Positions 1 through 15,245 of a stretch of 64,000 nucleotides of DNA are shown here, piece by piece. The notes beneath the pieces were generated by a model, which was not told the DNA's origin, ran no database searches, and saw only the letters and a program-made list of their open reading frames with translations. Made by a program: the position numbers and the translations under genes. The DNA is from the human T2T-CHM13v2.0 reference genome, Homo sapiens. The number at the start of each line of letters is the position of its first letter. The stretch's first letter is position 1. The DNA is taken from the NCBI RefSeq assembly GCF_009914755.1, contig NC_060932.1. The stretch is one strand, 5' to 3'.

Positions 1-1510
1 TTTTTCTATCATATTTACCAATAATTTCTATATCTGCATGTAGATATTTAATTTTGTCCAATATGCCCTGTAGGCCTATATATTTTAATAAATCTGTGTA
101 TGTAGGTAGATTTAGCATGTTTATATATCACAATTAAACACCAATGTATCAAAACTCTATGTGTTTTATGTGACTATTATCAACTGAAAATAGAGGAATT
201 TTTGATAAGGATAAAGGACAAATAAAAGGAAAAAGTGAAAGATAGAGACAGAGATGCAGAGAAAGAACAAAAAGAGAAAAAGAAAGGGGAATAAAGTACT
301 GAAAGGCTTTGGGGATTGGTCATTTGCACCTGCCAATTTCCTGGGTTTGGGAATCTTTTCACTTTTTGTGTAACTTGAGAACAGAAAGTTTTCCCCCATT
401 GAATCAGAAACCATCTGAAACCGCAGCCAGATGGTGAGAAAAGTGTCAGTTCACTAGCAATTTGTATTAATTTCTCAGTAGTATTTTTGCCACGTTTGAT
501 TATTGTAATTTTCAAATGGAGAACTGGAGACACTAAGGGAGATTTGCCCAAATCCAGAAATAAATTCTACATTTCAAGTTCCCAAGGCTGCGAGGCACCT
601 GAACATTATCCTGTTGTCAAAAACGCCTTTTCTCAGACCAAGGACTCAAAGTCAAACAGGAATTTCTAAATGCAGAAAGCCTCAAACTCACTTTCAAATA
701 TCATGAAATTTGGACTTTTCAAAGTCTTGAATGCAGTTTGCCAATCACAAAAATGATAAGAAAATTCTGTGTGTTTGAGCTTACCATTAATGTACGTGTG
801 TCTGATGTTTTTCTGTCTTTATTATTCTATTTATTATAAGACAATTGATTCTTACCACTCTTTTCCCAAGGAATGATTTCTCTCAATGGTTAGCGAGGGT
901 GTTTAGCATAAACTCTCTTGGTTCAGCTAAGTCTCGTCCTCTGTGTACAATCATGATTACATAAGAAAACTGGAATTGCTTGGCCTCTGGCATTGGTCTC
1001 CATTGTGTGGGCTGGAAGAGTTTGGGAAGATTGTGTAATCTTTCACAGATCTATAATAAATCTAATAACCTGTGATAAATCTTACATCTGTATTTCTAGA
1101 TCCATCAGCATCTGCTCATATTTTTAAATCTGTCCCATATTTCCTTACATTTTTTAACTTTACTATTCATTGTAAACAAAATAGTTTCTTTTTGTTATGC
1201 AAAACTACTTTTTTCAAATTACAAGAGGCAACCCCTTCATTTTTATATTTCTGGCTTTGGTAAAAAGGAGCCTTGGGTGTGGCCATGGGTTGTCTCTCAT
1301 ATTGCTATTTCATATTTTGTGTGTGCTATCTGCTCTCAAAAAGCAGGAGGTGTATCTTATTTATCTTCCCATCTCTCTTACAACATGATGATATGATAAG
1401 ACACAATGTGTTTATTCATTCAATAAATACTTATTGAGCATCTACTGTATCCTAGGAATGGTTCCAGTGTCTAGGAATGCAAGAGGAAATAAAAACAAAG
1501 CCATTTTCTA

Positions 1511-1654
<144 letters not shown>

Positions 1655-1657
1655 TTA

Positions 1658-1807
<150 letters not shown>

Positions 1808-2033
1808 TCAAAAAAAGAAGAAAAAGGTCTCATGCTATCAAGAATCCATTGAATATGCATTCTTTGATTTCACCATGAGGGCTAGCTCCATGGGTGACGG
1901 AAGAGGCTGCCATATTTGTGGTATGCTTTTTTTTTTTTTTTTTTGACGAGGCGGCAATAGTGGAAGGAAGAAACAAAATATACCAAAAGGCATCAAAGCA
2001 AAAAAATCCACATTTCACAATCGTCTTTGCTGA

Positions 2034-2294
<261 letters not shown>

Positions 2295-2495
2295 TGATCC
2301 ACCCACCTCGGCCTCCCAAAGTGCTGGGATTACAGGTGTGAGCCACTGCGCCCGGCCTTGTTTTTTGTTTTTTGTGGTTTTTTTGAGACGGAATCTCGCT
2401 CTGTCACCCAGGCTGGAGTGCAGTGGCAATCTTGGCTCACTGCAACCTTTGCCTCCTGGATTGAAGGGATTCTCCTGCCTCAGCCTCCCGAGTAG

Positions 2496-2720
<225 letters not shown>

Positions 2721-2901
2721 TAAATAATCCTGAAGATTTTTATGAAATCCTGTTCATAAAATTATGGACAGATGTTGATGGATCTAGAAATACAGATCTG
2801 AGATTTATAACAGGTTATTGGATTTAGTATAGATCTGTGAGAGAGAAAAGTTTTATCTGTTAAGTCTTATCAGTTGTTTGTACCTCAGTGTGAGTTTGTC
2901 A

Positions 2902-3371
<470 letters not shown>

Positions 3372-4557
3372 TTACTTGAGCCCAGGAGCTCAAGACCAGC
3401 CTGGACAACATAGTGAGAGACATACGTCTCTACAAAAAATTTAAAAATTAGCCAGGCATGGTGGCATGCTCCTGTAGTCGCAGCTACTCGGGAGGCTGAG
3501 GCAGGATGATCACATGAGCCCAGGAGGTTGAGGCTGCAGTGACCCATGATCATGCCACTGCCCCCCAGCTGGCAACAGAGCAAGGCCCTGTCTCTATTAA
3601 AAAATAAAAAGAATAAAGAGACCAGAAGGTCAGGTCTTCAATTCCAAAGGAAAATTTCTTTGTCTTAAAGTGTTACTAGGGACCTTATCAATATCTTTCA
3701 TGATTTCATTCAGTGAGGCTGAGAGAGCCCCAACCCCCTCACAGAGGTGTCTCTCCAATCCCCTGGTAGCTGTGTTACTTTTACCTGACTGCTCTGTTGA
3801 GATAAACAGCAGCTTGAGTGAAGGGCTGCTCCCCAGTCATATGCACATCTTAAACTCTGACAGTCTTTTGTATCTTGAAAACAGCAAATATCTGGGGTTA
3901 ATAGGCCACAGTTTGTGGATGTTTCATAGACACAAAGACCCTAAAAGCCTGGAAGGTGTGAGCTGCTGGAGGCCTCAGCCATCACCCATTTCCTTTTCTT
4001 ATTGGGAGATGTTAACTGCTTGGAATCAAGACCAGAACCCATGGTCTCTAAATCAGAGTCCAATGCCTCTCATTATTAAATAAATATTTGTTGGATTCTC
4101 CTCCTAATGAGTGATGACTTCGGAAAGGGAATCAGCCTTCTGAGCCAGCAGCAGCACACTCTCCCAGAGCCTGTCCCAGCCTGAGCTCAGTGCACAGGAG
4201 ATGACCAGCATCAGGCCAAGTGCACGCCATCCCTGTCTCTGCCTCCGAACTGAAGCCTTCACATTCGCTCTCTGCCTCTCCATCTTCCTTCCTCTGCCCA
4301 TGGAGTTGTCTGTCTGGCCCTAAAGGAAATATATATATATTTATTTAAAATAGAAATAAACATTTATTTATTTATCAGAGCTTCTCTGCACCACCCAGGC
4401 TGGTCTCAAACTCCTGGCCTCAAGCAATCCTCCTGCCTCAGGCTCCCAAGTAACTGGGATTTACAGGTGTGAACCACCACACCCAGCCCCACAGGAAATA
4501 TTTTGACAAAGAAAAATGAGACAAAGATTAAGCAAGGAGGCCAGGCACGATGGCTCA

Positions 4558-4907
<350 letters not shown>

Positions 4908-5275
4908 TCAAAAATAGCAATAACAGCAAATATATGTATATCGAATTGAATTTTTGCAATAAGGGAAGATGGCTGGCCTGGCCGCCAGAAGACCACGCAG
5001 GCCACCATCAGCTGGATGGCCCTGGGCAAGGCTCCTCTCGATGCCCCAGTATCTTCACCTGTAAAACAAGGGGCTGGGATGGTCCTGGAGGTACTTCTTG
5101 GCTTTATTGTCTTAGCTTCATTATCAGTTCACTTTTCCTTCCTCTTTCATTGAGGCTGAAATTGGGTCCAAGCTTCTGTAAGAGATTCATCCATGTCCGG
5201 GAGTGGTGGCTCATGCCTGTAATCCCAGCACTTTGGGAGGCCAAGGCGGGCAGATCACTTGAGGTCGGGAGTTCA

Positions 5276-5473
<198 letters not shown>

Positions 5474-5476
5474 CTA

Positions 5477-5482
5477 AAAAAA

Positions 5483-5545
<63 letters not shown>
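5477..5545. repeat. Poly(A) followed by a (TA)n microsatellite at an Alu tail
   Basis: A-run followed by roughly 22 TA units. Confidence 0.9.
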
Positions 5546-5549
<4 letters not shown>

Positions 5550-6120
5550 CCACAATGGGGGACACTCATCTTCTGAGAAAAAATTCTTGGTTTTTCAATG
5601 GATTACTGAGATGGATCTTAGAATATAGTGATTAATTTAAAATATAAGTTATTTTGCAAATTTTGGTCTATGCACAACTTTCCAGGAATCCTTTTATTCC
5701 ATAATACAAAGACCACTTGTCCTGGAAACCTTGAGCGCATCTGTGATTTTACATCTTCGGGAGCAGTGAGCCATGCTGGCTCTACCTCATTCCCCTGGGT
5801 CACAGAAAGCCCCGTTATGGCCTTTTGTTCATGTGTTCATTTGTTCATTCATCAAACATCATCAAATATTTATGGAGGCCCTGGTCTCAAAGGATCAACT
5901 GTGAGAAGCACTTGGCCTTTCTCATAATGTTCTATTTCACAAGAAGGACAAACCAGAAACATTTCCAGGCTTGTCCTCTAAGTCTGCTCCAATAATGCCA
6001 ATGACTTCAGCTTCTATTTTGGAAAGGTTCTGGAAATTTGAAGATATTAGGCAGAAATCATTTAATCTTTGGCTTTTTTTATTAGGGGGATAAAGTCTGT
6101 TTTGGTCAGAACAGATTTGC

Positions 6121-6400
6121 ATTAGTCAGGCTGCCATCACAAAATACCATAGACTGATTAAAAACAGACATTTATTTTCTCACAGTTCTGGAGGCTGGAA
6201 GTCTGTGATCACGTGCTAGAAAGTCAGTTTCTGGTGAGGGCTCTGTTCCTGGCTTACAAACAGCTGCCTTCTTGCTGTGTCCTCACATGGTGTGTCCTCT
6301 GCGCCTCCTCCTTATAGGCTCTGTTTTTAAATATAGTCACGTTGGGGGTTAGGGCTTAAACATTTGATTTTTGAGGGATATAAACATTCAGTCCCTAACA
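6121..6400 (-). mobile_element. MLT1-family MaLR LTR
   Basis: attagtcagggctgccatcacaaaataccatagactg...cacagttctggaggctggaagtc...cattcagtccctaaca. Confidence 0.65.
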
Positions 6401-7417
6401 GCCAGTATGGTTCATGCTTTTTGTTAATTCAGACGGAAAGTGCACCTTCTGACAGTGGTAACACAGGTGGAGATGTATGCTGTGCGTGAAAGAGCAGAGC
6501 TGCTTGCTGCCCCTGGATCTTGGTGAAGAGCAGGATTCCTGTACCTTCACAGGGAGCACAGCTGCGTAAGTGCAAACGCTAAGCATGTCAGGTCAGAATT
6601 CTAGATTTCCCCTCCCAACGTGCAACTCCACCTCCTTTCAGAATGACTGGACAGTTTTTCTTTTGGGAAAGGAAGTTCATGGTTACAGTCCCTGCTCATC
6701 TTCAAGAACCCTCTCTCTTATGTGTCCAAAATTCTCCCGGCTCACAGTTGTCTGAGCTAATAGGTGTGTGTGTGTGTGTGTGTGCTTGCATGTGTTGGTT
6801 CAGGCATCATTCAGTTGTTCTCGGCCTCCCTGGAGTGCCTCCATCCATTGTGAGATGGTGTCTTCAGTAATTTGTGCTAATTTGGCTGACCTGGGACTCA
6901 GGGACTCTGTAAGAACTTCAGCATCTCAGCAGCTAGTCAGGTGGTGCAAGCAGCCATCAGGGCTGTGTTCAGATGCCTGTCAGTGGCTACAGTGGCTTAA
7001 CCAAATAGGAGATTGCTTTTCTCACATACCAAGAAATTTGGAGACCAATAGTACAGGGCTATCAGAAACCCAGGTTCTGTGTGTCTTTCCATTCTGCCCT
7101 CCTATGTGTGTAGCTTTCATCAGGTTTTCAAGACAGATAAGTGGCCAAATCTCCAGTTTCAGACAAAAAGAAGGAGGCAGACATGTCAGGTCAAGTCCAT
7201 CCTTTTTAACAACCTTTCCTCTAACCACCCCAATCCCAACAGCTTCTGTTTGTATCTAACTGGCTACATGTGCCATCGGCCATTCCCAGATGCAAGGGAG
7301 CCCAGAGCTGAGCTTTTTAAGCTGGCACCATGCAACCCTGAATAAATTTAGCATCTGTTGCCAAGGAAAAGGGGGAATGCCTGTTGGGCAGGGAACTGGC
7401 AGTGTCTGCCACAGTGC

Positions 7418-7777
7418 TGCTGTGGTTTGAATGGGTTCCCCAAAGTTCAAGTGCTGGAAATTTGACCCCCAACGCAGTAGTGTTGGGAGGTGGGGCCTAA
7501 TGGTAGGTGTTTGGGTCATGGGGGCACCACCCTCATGAATGGATTTATGCCATTATCATGGGAGGGGTTGGCACCCTCTTGTCTCTCTCACCCCCTCTTT
7601 GCCCTTCCATCATGTTTGATGCAGCAAGAAGGCCCTGACCAGATGTCAGTGATCTCACCAGATGCTCATGATCTTGGACTTCCCAGTCTCTAGAACCATA
7701 AGCCAATAAATTTCTGTTCATTATAAATTCCTCAGGTTGTGGTATCCTGTTGTAGCAGCACAAAATAAGTGAAGACA
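7418..7777 (+). mobile_element. MST-family MaLR LTR
   Basis: tgctgtggtttgaatg...ccccaaagttca...AATAAAtttctgttcattataaatt...gaagaca. Confidence 0.7.
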
Positions 7778-8848
7778 AGTGCCTTTCAAACAATATTCTC
7801 TGCCTTAGAGGAGGGGGCTGCCTGACCTGGGGATAGATGGAGGAGGACAGCTGTGTCCTCACTGCTTCCCTCTTCTCTTGAGCAATTCACCTCTGGTCCC
7901 AACTCTCCAGATGCCCCTCAGTAAAACAAAGTCCACGAAGCTGACTGCATTGTTGCTCGAGTGGTTGTCCACTCAATAGCCATTAGCTCAACAGCTGCTG
8001 GGTGACAGTCACTGTTCTAGGAGCCGGGAATACAGGAGTGAGGAAGACAATCCCCAACTTCCTGGAGCTGGCATCATCTAGGGAGGGGAGACAACAATAA
8101 ACAGATAAATGTGATATGATTAGGTTCTCTACTGGAAGATGAAGTACCCTAAGAGGATAGAGAGGAGAGGGACTTTAAATAGTGTAACCTGAAATGACTT
8201 ACTCAAGGAAATGACATTTGAGCAAAGACTGGACAAGTGAAGGGATGGCTGTGGGCTCTCCGGGTAAGGGTAAGAACTTTCCCCAAGCAGATGCATTCTG
8301 GCTTGTTCTGGGAATCGCAGACTGGCCCGAGGGCTGGGGAGGAGAATGTGGGCAGTATGGTGGGGGTGGTGCACAGTTAGGGCCATATGGGGTCAGGGAG
8401 ACTGTGGAGGGACTTAGGATGATTCTTTCTGAGTGTGATGGGAAACCATCTGGAGCGCTTAGCAGGGAACTGACATAATCCTCTAGCTGCTGTGTGGGGA
8501 ATGGACTGCAGAAAGGTCAAGAGTGAAAACAATTAGGAAGCAGTGCAGGAGCCCAAGAGAGAGAGCATCTGTGCCCTCAGCGTGGCCCCGGTGGAGACAG
8601 TGGGGAACAATCAGGGCTGGGATGTATTCTCAAGGACATTAAGACCCGACGTAGGGTGGGAGAAAAAGAGAGGAGTCAAGGATGACTTCAAGAATGTCCC
8701 TCTGAGCAAATGCCCCCTAGAGCCTGTGGGGTTCCAGGAAGGTTTCCTGGCTCTTTACAGACTGACACCCTGGTGGCTGCCCAGCTGGCTGCTCCCAGTG
8801 CTGCTCTTGGTACTAATAGTAATCAACAGATCAGTTTTTGTTTATTAA

Positions 8849-9025
<177 letters not shown>

Positions 9026-9053
9026 TAATACAGGGTCTTCCTATGTTGCCTAG

Positions 9054-9155
<102 letters not shown>

Positions 9156-9542
9156 TAAATAAGCACAAATGTAAGGTTGCGTCTCTCCCTATCACTCATT
9201 TGCATTTTATGTGGAGGAAAATGGGGCTGGGAACCGTCAGAGGACACAGCCCACTTCACCCATGCCTCTGAGGTGCTGGGACAGAGGCACCTGGAATTGC
9301 TCCTCTCTTAGGAAAGTGCCTACAGAAGCCTCCTGCACACAGGGGGATGGTGCACTGTTGTGCTTTTCTTCCTAAAAGAATCCCTGGATTTTGAGTGGGC
9401 AAACCTGGAGGGTATGTCTCTCATGAGATCATTACCCAGCATGTGGATATCTCAGTGGGAAGAAAAAGGTTTTCTATGGTCAGGACATGGTGCAGAATGA
9501 GTTGCTGTAGGATATTAATCGGGTGCTGAACAGACAAGGAGG

Positions 9543-9640
9543 GGCAGGTTAAAACTCCCATGCTGATCAGTAATGGGACTGCACCTGTGAATGGCCACTG
9601 CACTCTAGCCTGGGCAACATAGTGAGACCCTGTCTTCTTT
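9543..9640 (+). pseudogene. 5'-truncated 7SL (SRP) RNA retrocopy
   Basis: GCAGGTTAAAACTCCCATGCTGATCAGTAATGGGACTGCACCTGTGAATGGCCACTGCACTC...GAGACCCTGTCT matches the 7SL S-domain/3' end, which Alus lack. Confidence 0.85.
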
Positions 9641-10362
9641 TTTTAAAAGTAGGGGCTTCCTTGTTTTAAATGTGATAGCACGGCATTGTAAGGAAATAGA
9701 ACTCTACTTTGGGACTGGATTCCTAAGCCATTTCCCCAACTGGAGGGTTAAAGCTTAACACTGGGTGTTTCTGAGGTTCTCACATAGTGAGGCACTGGGC
9801 AGAGTGTGACATCCTGGCTGCTGACCAAGGAAGGACTTTGTAAGGAAAGACTCTTCCTTGGGAAAAGACAAGAGGACCATGAGGGGCACACGGCTGGTGT
9901 TCAGTGACCATGTGCCGACTCTGACATCTACTAACACACATAAAATGAACACCCACTATGGGCCAGGCACTGTTCTAGGTGCTGGGTAAACATGATCAAA
10001 TATAACGCCCATTGCTCCCATCGTCAGGGAGCTCCAGAGGAAGACAGGTGTGACAAATGACAAGAGACTTCCAAAGGGAGATGCTGGAGGCTCAGGGACG
10101 GAGAACAGCTTGGGGGCAGGGCCCATCTCTGTGAAGAGGGAGCGTTGCAGATGGGACCAGAGGTAGGGGTCGGGGTGGCTGCAGATGGAGCTTTTGGGAC
10201 CTGGGTGTTGACCCCATGATGGGAAAATCTCATGAGAGAGTGCAGCTCTGGGTAAAATGTGGATTCTGGGCCGGGCGTGGTGGCTCACGCCTGTAATCCC
10301 AGCACTTTGGGAGGCTGAGGCGGACAGACCACGAGGTCAGGAGATCGAGACCATCCTGGCTA

Positions 10363-10677
<315 letters not shown>

Positions 10678-10808
10678 TCAGGAACTGGGCTGTTTAGAAA
10701 CAGACACAGCCTATGGTGCAGGAGGCCAAGGCCACAGGAGCCATGGGACACTCATCCAGGCATCGTGCCCCTCCCATTAACCCAGGTCCACCCATGATTC
10801 TTTTACAG

Positions 10809-10960
10809 CCACCACAGGTTTCAACTCAATCGCCGAAAATGAAGATGCCCTCCTCAGACATTTGTTCCAAGGTTATCAGAAATGGGTCCGCCCTGTATTA
10901 CATTCTAATGACACCATAAAAGTATATTTTGGATTGAAAATATCCCAGCTTGTAGATGTG
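10809..10960 (+). CDS. CHRNB3: CHRNB3 coding exon 2 (152 nt)
   Basis: ttttacag|CC ACC ACA GGT...GTA GAT GTG|gtgagt. Translates (A)[50 protein letters not shown], the beta3 N-terminal extracellular domain. Confidence 0.97.
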
Positions 10961-11850
10961 GTGAGTAATCCTTGGCACTTGGCTAAAAAGAACATGCATT
11001 CCTTAACCTGTTTATGAGTCTAAAATATATATTTTTCCCTATGTCTGCCATTTCAATTTTAAAAATAATTTACTGTGAGAGAAAATCTGCCCCCAAGAAG
11101 CCACTAAAATGACCCAAGGAAAGAACGAGAAGTTGTCACAGGGTAAATTTTCATTGCAGCACTGTTAGTGTGGGACGATTCGCTGCGGGGAGGATGTGGT
11201 TGCTAAGATAGTCATTGCTCCTGGCCCCGGTTTGCTGAACACCCAGGGAGGAGGGCTGGGAACTGCAGAGAAGAGGGGCTGAGCCTGGGGCTGACGTGCT
11301 GTGATCTTCGATCCTCCCTGGCTGTGCCCTGGGCTGGTAGGGGGCTCTGCAGGGAGACAGGGTGGTAACAACAGTGCCCAGAGCAAGGCCCATTCCTGCT
11401 GTCCCTAGGCAGCCCCGTCACCTCTTCTGAACTCACCCATGCCTTCACATTCTAATTTTCCTTTTGAGCTTGCCTTTCTGTCATGATTGTGTTCTTAGAA
11501 GAAACCAGTGAACTTTAACTCCCTAAATGCAACAAAATTGTCCTTCTATGATCCCCAAAGCCCCAGAAGAATCCTCCTATGTTGTCCATATTCTCCACCC
11601 TACTACACACATGTGCGCACACTCACCTGCCTGGCTGGCTCAATACCCCAGGATTCCTTCTAGGAAGTCATGCAAAGCCCGTCTCCAGTTTAGCTATTAT
11701 TTCCCTCTACTTTGTACCTTCATTATTATTATTGTTGTTGTTGAGACAGAGACTCTGTTTCACACAGGCTGGAATGCAGAAGGGTGATCTTGGCTCACTT
11801 GCAACCTCCGTTTCCCAGGTTCAAGTGAATCTCCTGCCTCAGCTTCCTGA

Positions 11851-12036
<186 letters not shown>

Positions 12037-12128
12037 TAAAGTGCCTTCTGGGTCATCCAATTTTATGTAAATATAGCCACAATGAACTGCTACTTGTTTC
12101 AGTTGTTTTTCATTTTAAGCAAAATCCG

Positions 12129-12183
12129 CATGCCATTTGACTATTTATATGCCATTTGACTGTTTACATGCCATTTGACTATT
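12129..12183. repeat. 19-bp tandem repeat x3 (CATGCCATTTGACTATTTA)
   Basis: Three near-identical copies ~300 bp upstream of CHRNB3 exon 3. Confidence 0.85.
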
Positions 12184-12481
12184 GTAAATTGAGAATCTTT
12201 TGCACTTTTAACACCTCAAAGGTAAGATTCAGATAGATTTTTCTGATCGAAACCAAACAAAAAACAACTGGGTGTGGTGGCGTGCACTTATAGTCAGCTC
12301 CTTGGGGGCTGGGGTGTGAGAATGGCTTGAGCCCCGGAGGTTGAGGGTGCAGTGAGCTATGGTGGCACCACTGCACTCCAGCCTGGGCAACATCTTGAGA
12401 TCCCATTTCTAAAACAACAACAAAAATCACAACTTATTTTCACTTCAACTTACAGTATTTTTTAAATTTTCATTTTCTTAG

Positions 12482-12526
12482 GATGAAAAGAATCAGCTGA
12501 TGACAACCAATGTGTGGCTCAAACAG
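12482..12526 (+). CDS. CHRNB3: CHRNB3 coding exon 3 (45 nt)
   Basis: ttcttag|GAT GAA AAG...AAA CAG|gtaaat. Translates DEKNQLMTTNVWLKQ, the conserved 45-nt nAChR exon. Confidence 0.97.
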
Positions 12527-13209
12527 GTAAATTTCAATCCAAGGATTGTGTCTGCTAACCCAGTCACTTATTTTCTATTTATAAAGGCTCCTATCTGAAA
12601 AACAATTATTTAAGAGGGCATATTGTGTTCCTCAGGGAGATTTGTGGGAAGGGTCTATGGCTTTTATTTTCTGTTGTGAGTGTTGGGGAGCTGATCCTGG
12701 CAAGCCCCTGGGTACACACTGTTGTGCGTGGTTGCTCTCAGCAGTAGAGCTGCTCGTGGAGCAGGCAGAGGTGACTCTACTGCCATAAGGCCTGGGGATG
12801 GGCCCTGGGACCACTTAGAGGAAACAACAAAGAGCCTCCAAGATGCACCACTTTCTCCCAGGTAGGGAACTGCAGCTAGGTAGGAAAATCAGGGCTACAT
12901 CCTCCCTAGCCTTCTCTGGTCCTCTGTGGGTAGAATCTACCTCTAATACCTCTTGTTGCTTCCAAGGAAGAACTGAGCCCTGAATGGAGGAATAACGGGG
13001 CTGCCCATTATTAATTTCAGAACAGAGTGAAGCCCAAAACAAAATGATGAATACGTGTTTTCCTGACATCACTGAAAATGCATTTTGAATCGTTTTCAGC
13101 TTTCTTCTTAGATAATTGCTTTTAGCTTGGCTAGAGCTTATTTCCTAAAGTCAGGGGAGTGTGCCCAAAGGAGTTTGTTCTAGGATTGTCAGTAAATAAT
13201 TACCATTCA

Positions 13210-13443
<234 letters not shown>

Positions 13444-13475
13444 TTATTTTGCCAGTGGTTTTTTTTTTAATTTAG

Positions 13476-13610
<135 letters not shown>

Positions 13611-13789
13611 TAAGTAGCTGGGATTACAGGTGCCCGCCACCACGCCCAGCTGATTTTTGTACTTTTAGTAGAAACAGGGTTTCACCATGTTGGCCAGGCT
13701 GGCCTCAAACTCCTGGCCTCAAGTGATCCGCCCACCCCAGCCTCCCAAAGTGCTGGGATTACAGACTTGAGCCACTGTATGTATTTATT

Positions 13790-14466
<677 letters not shown>

Positions 14467-14882
14467 TAAGGAGCAATGGATACAAGAAACAGCAAGGAGC
14501 TTCCCCCAGCTTCATTTCATGTCATCAAATGTCTCCCACCCAACAACTTTAGTGAGATTTAGAGAACTATCATGATTTTCAGTGCTTTCTACTTATCTGA
14601 TTCTCTAATCAGTAGAAACGGTCTGAATATTGTTTTACTTGCAAATAAAAATACCCAAAAGAAAATAATAAGCTTGGAATGTATATATAAAAATACCATT
14701 TAAATAAACATATCTTGCTATACACCCATCTCATTCCCCAGTGACTTACCCACTTTTGCAATTCAGAGGCCTGAGAATTGGGAAGTATTTTGAGTTGATA
14801 AAGGCCAAGAAGAAATCCTATATTCAAGTTTGCAGGGGAGAAAAGAACCCACACTTTCCTCTTAAGGTGAAAACAGGCTTAG

Positions 14883-15245
<363 letters not shown>

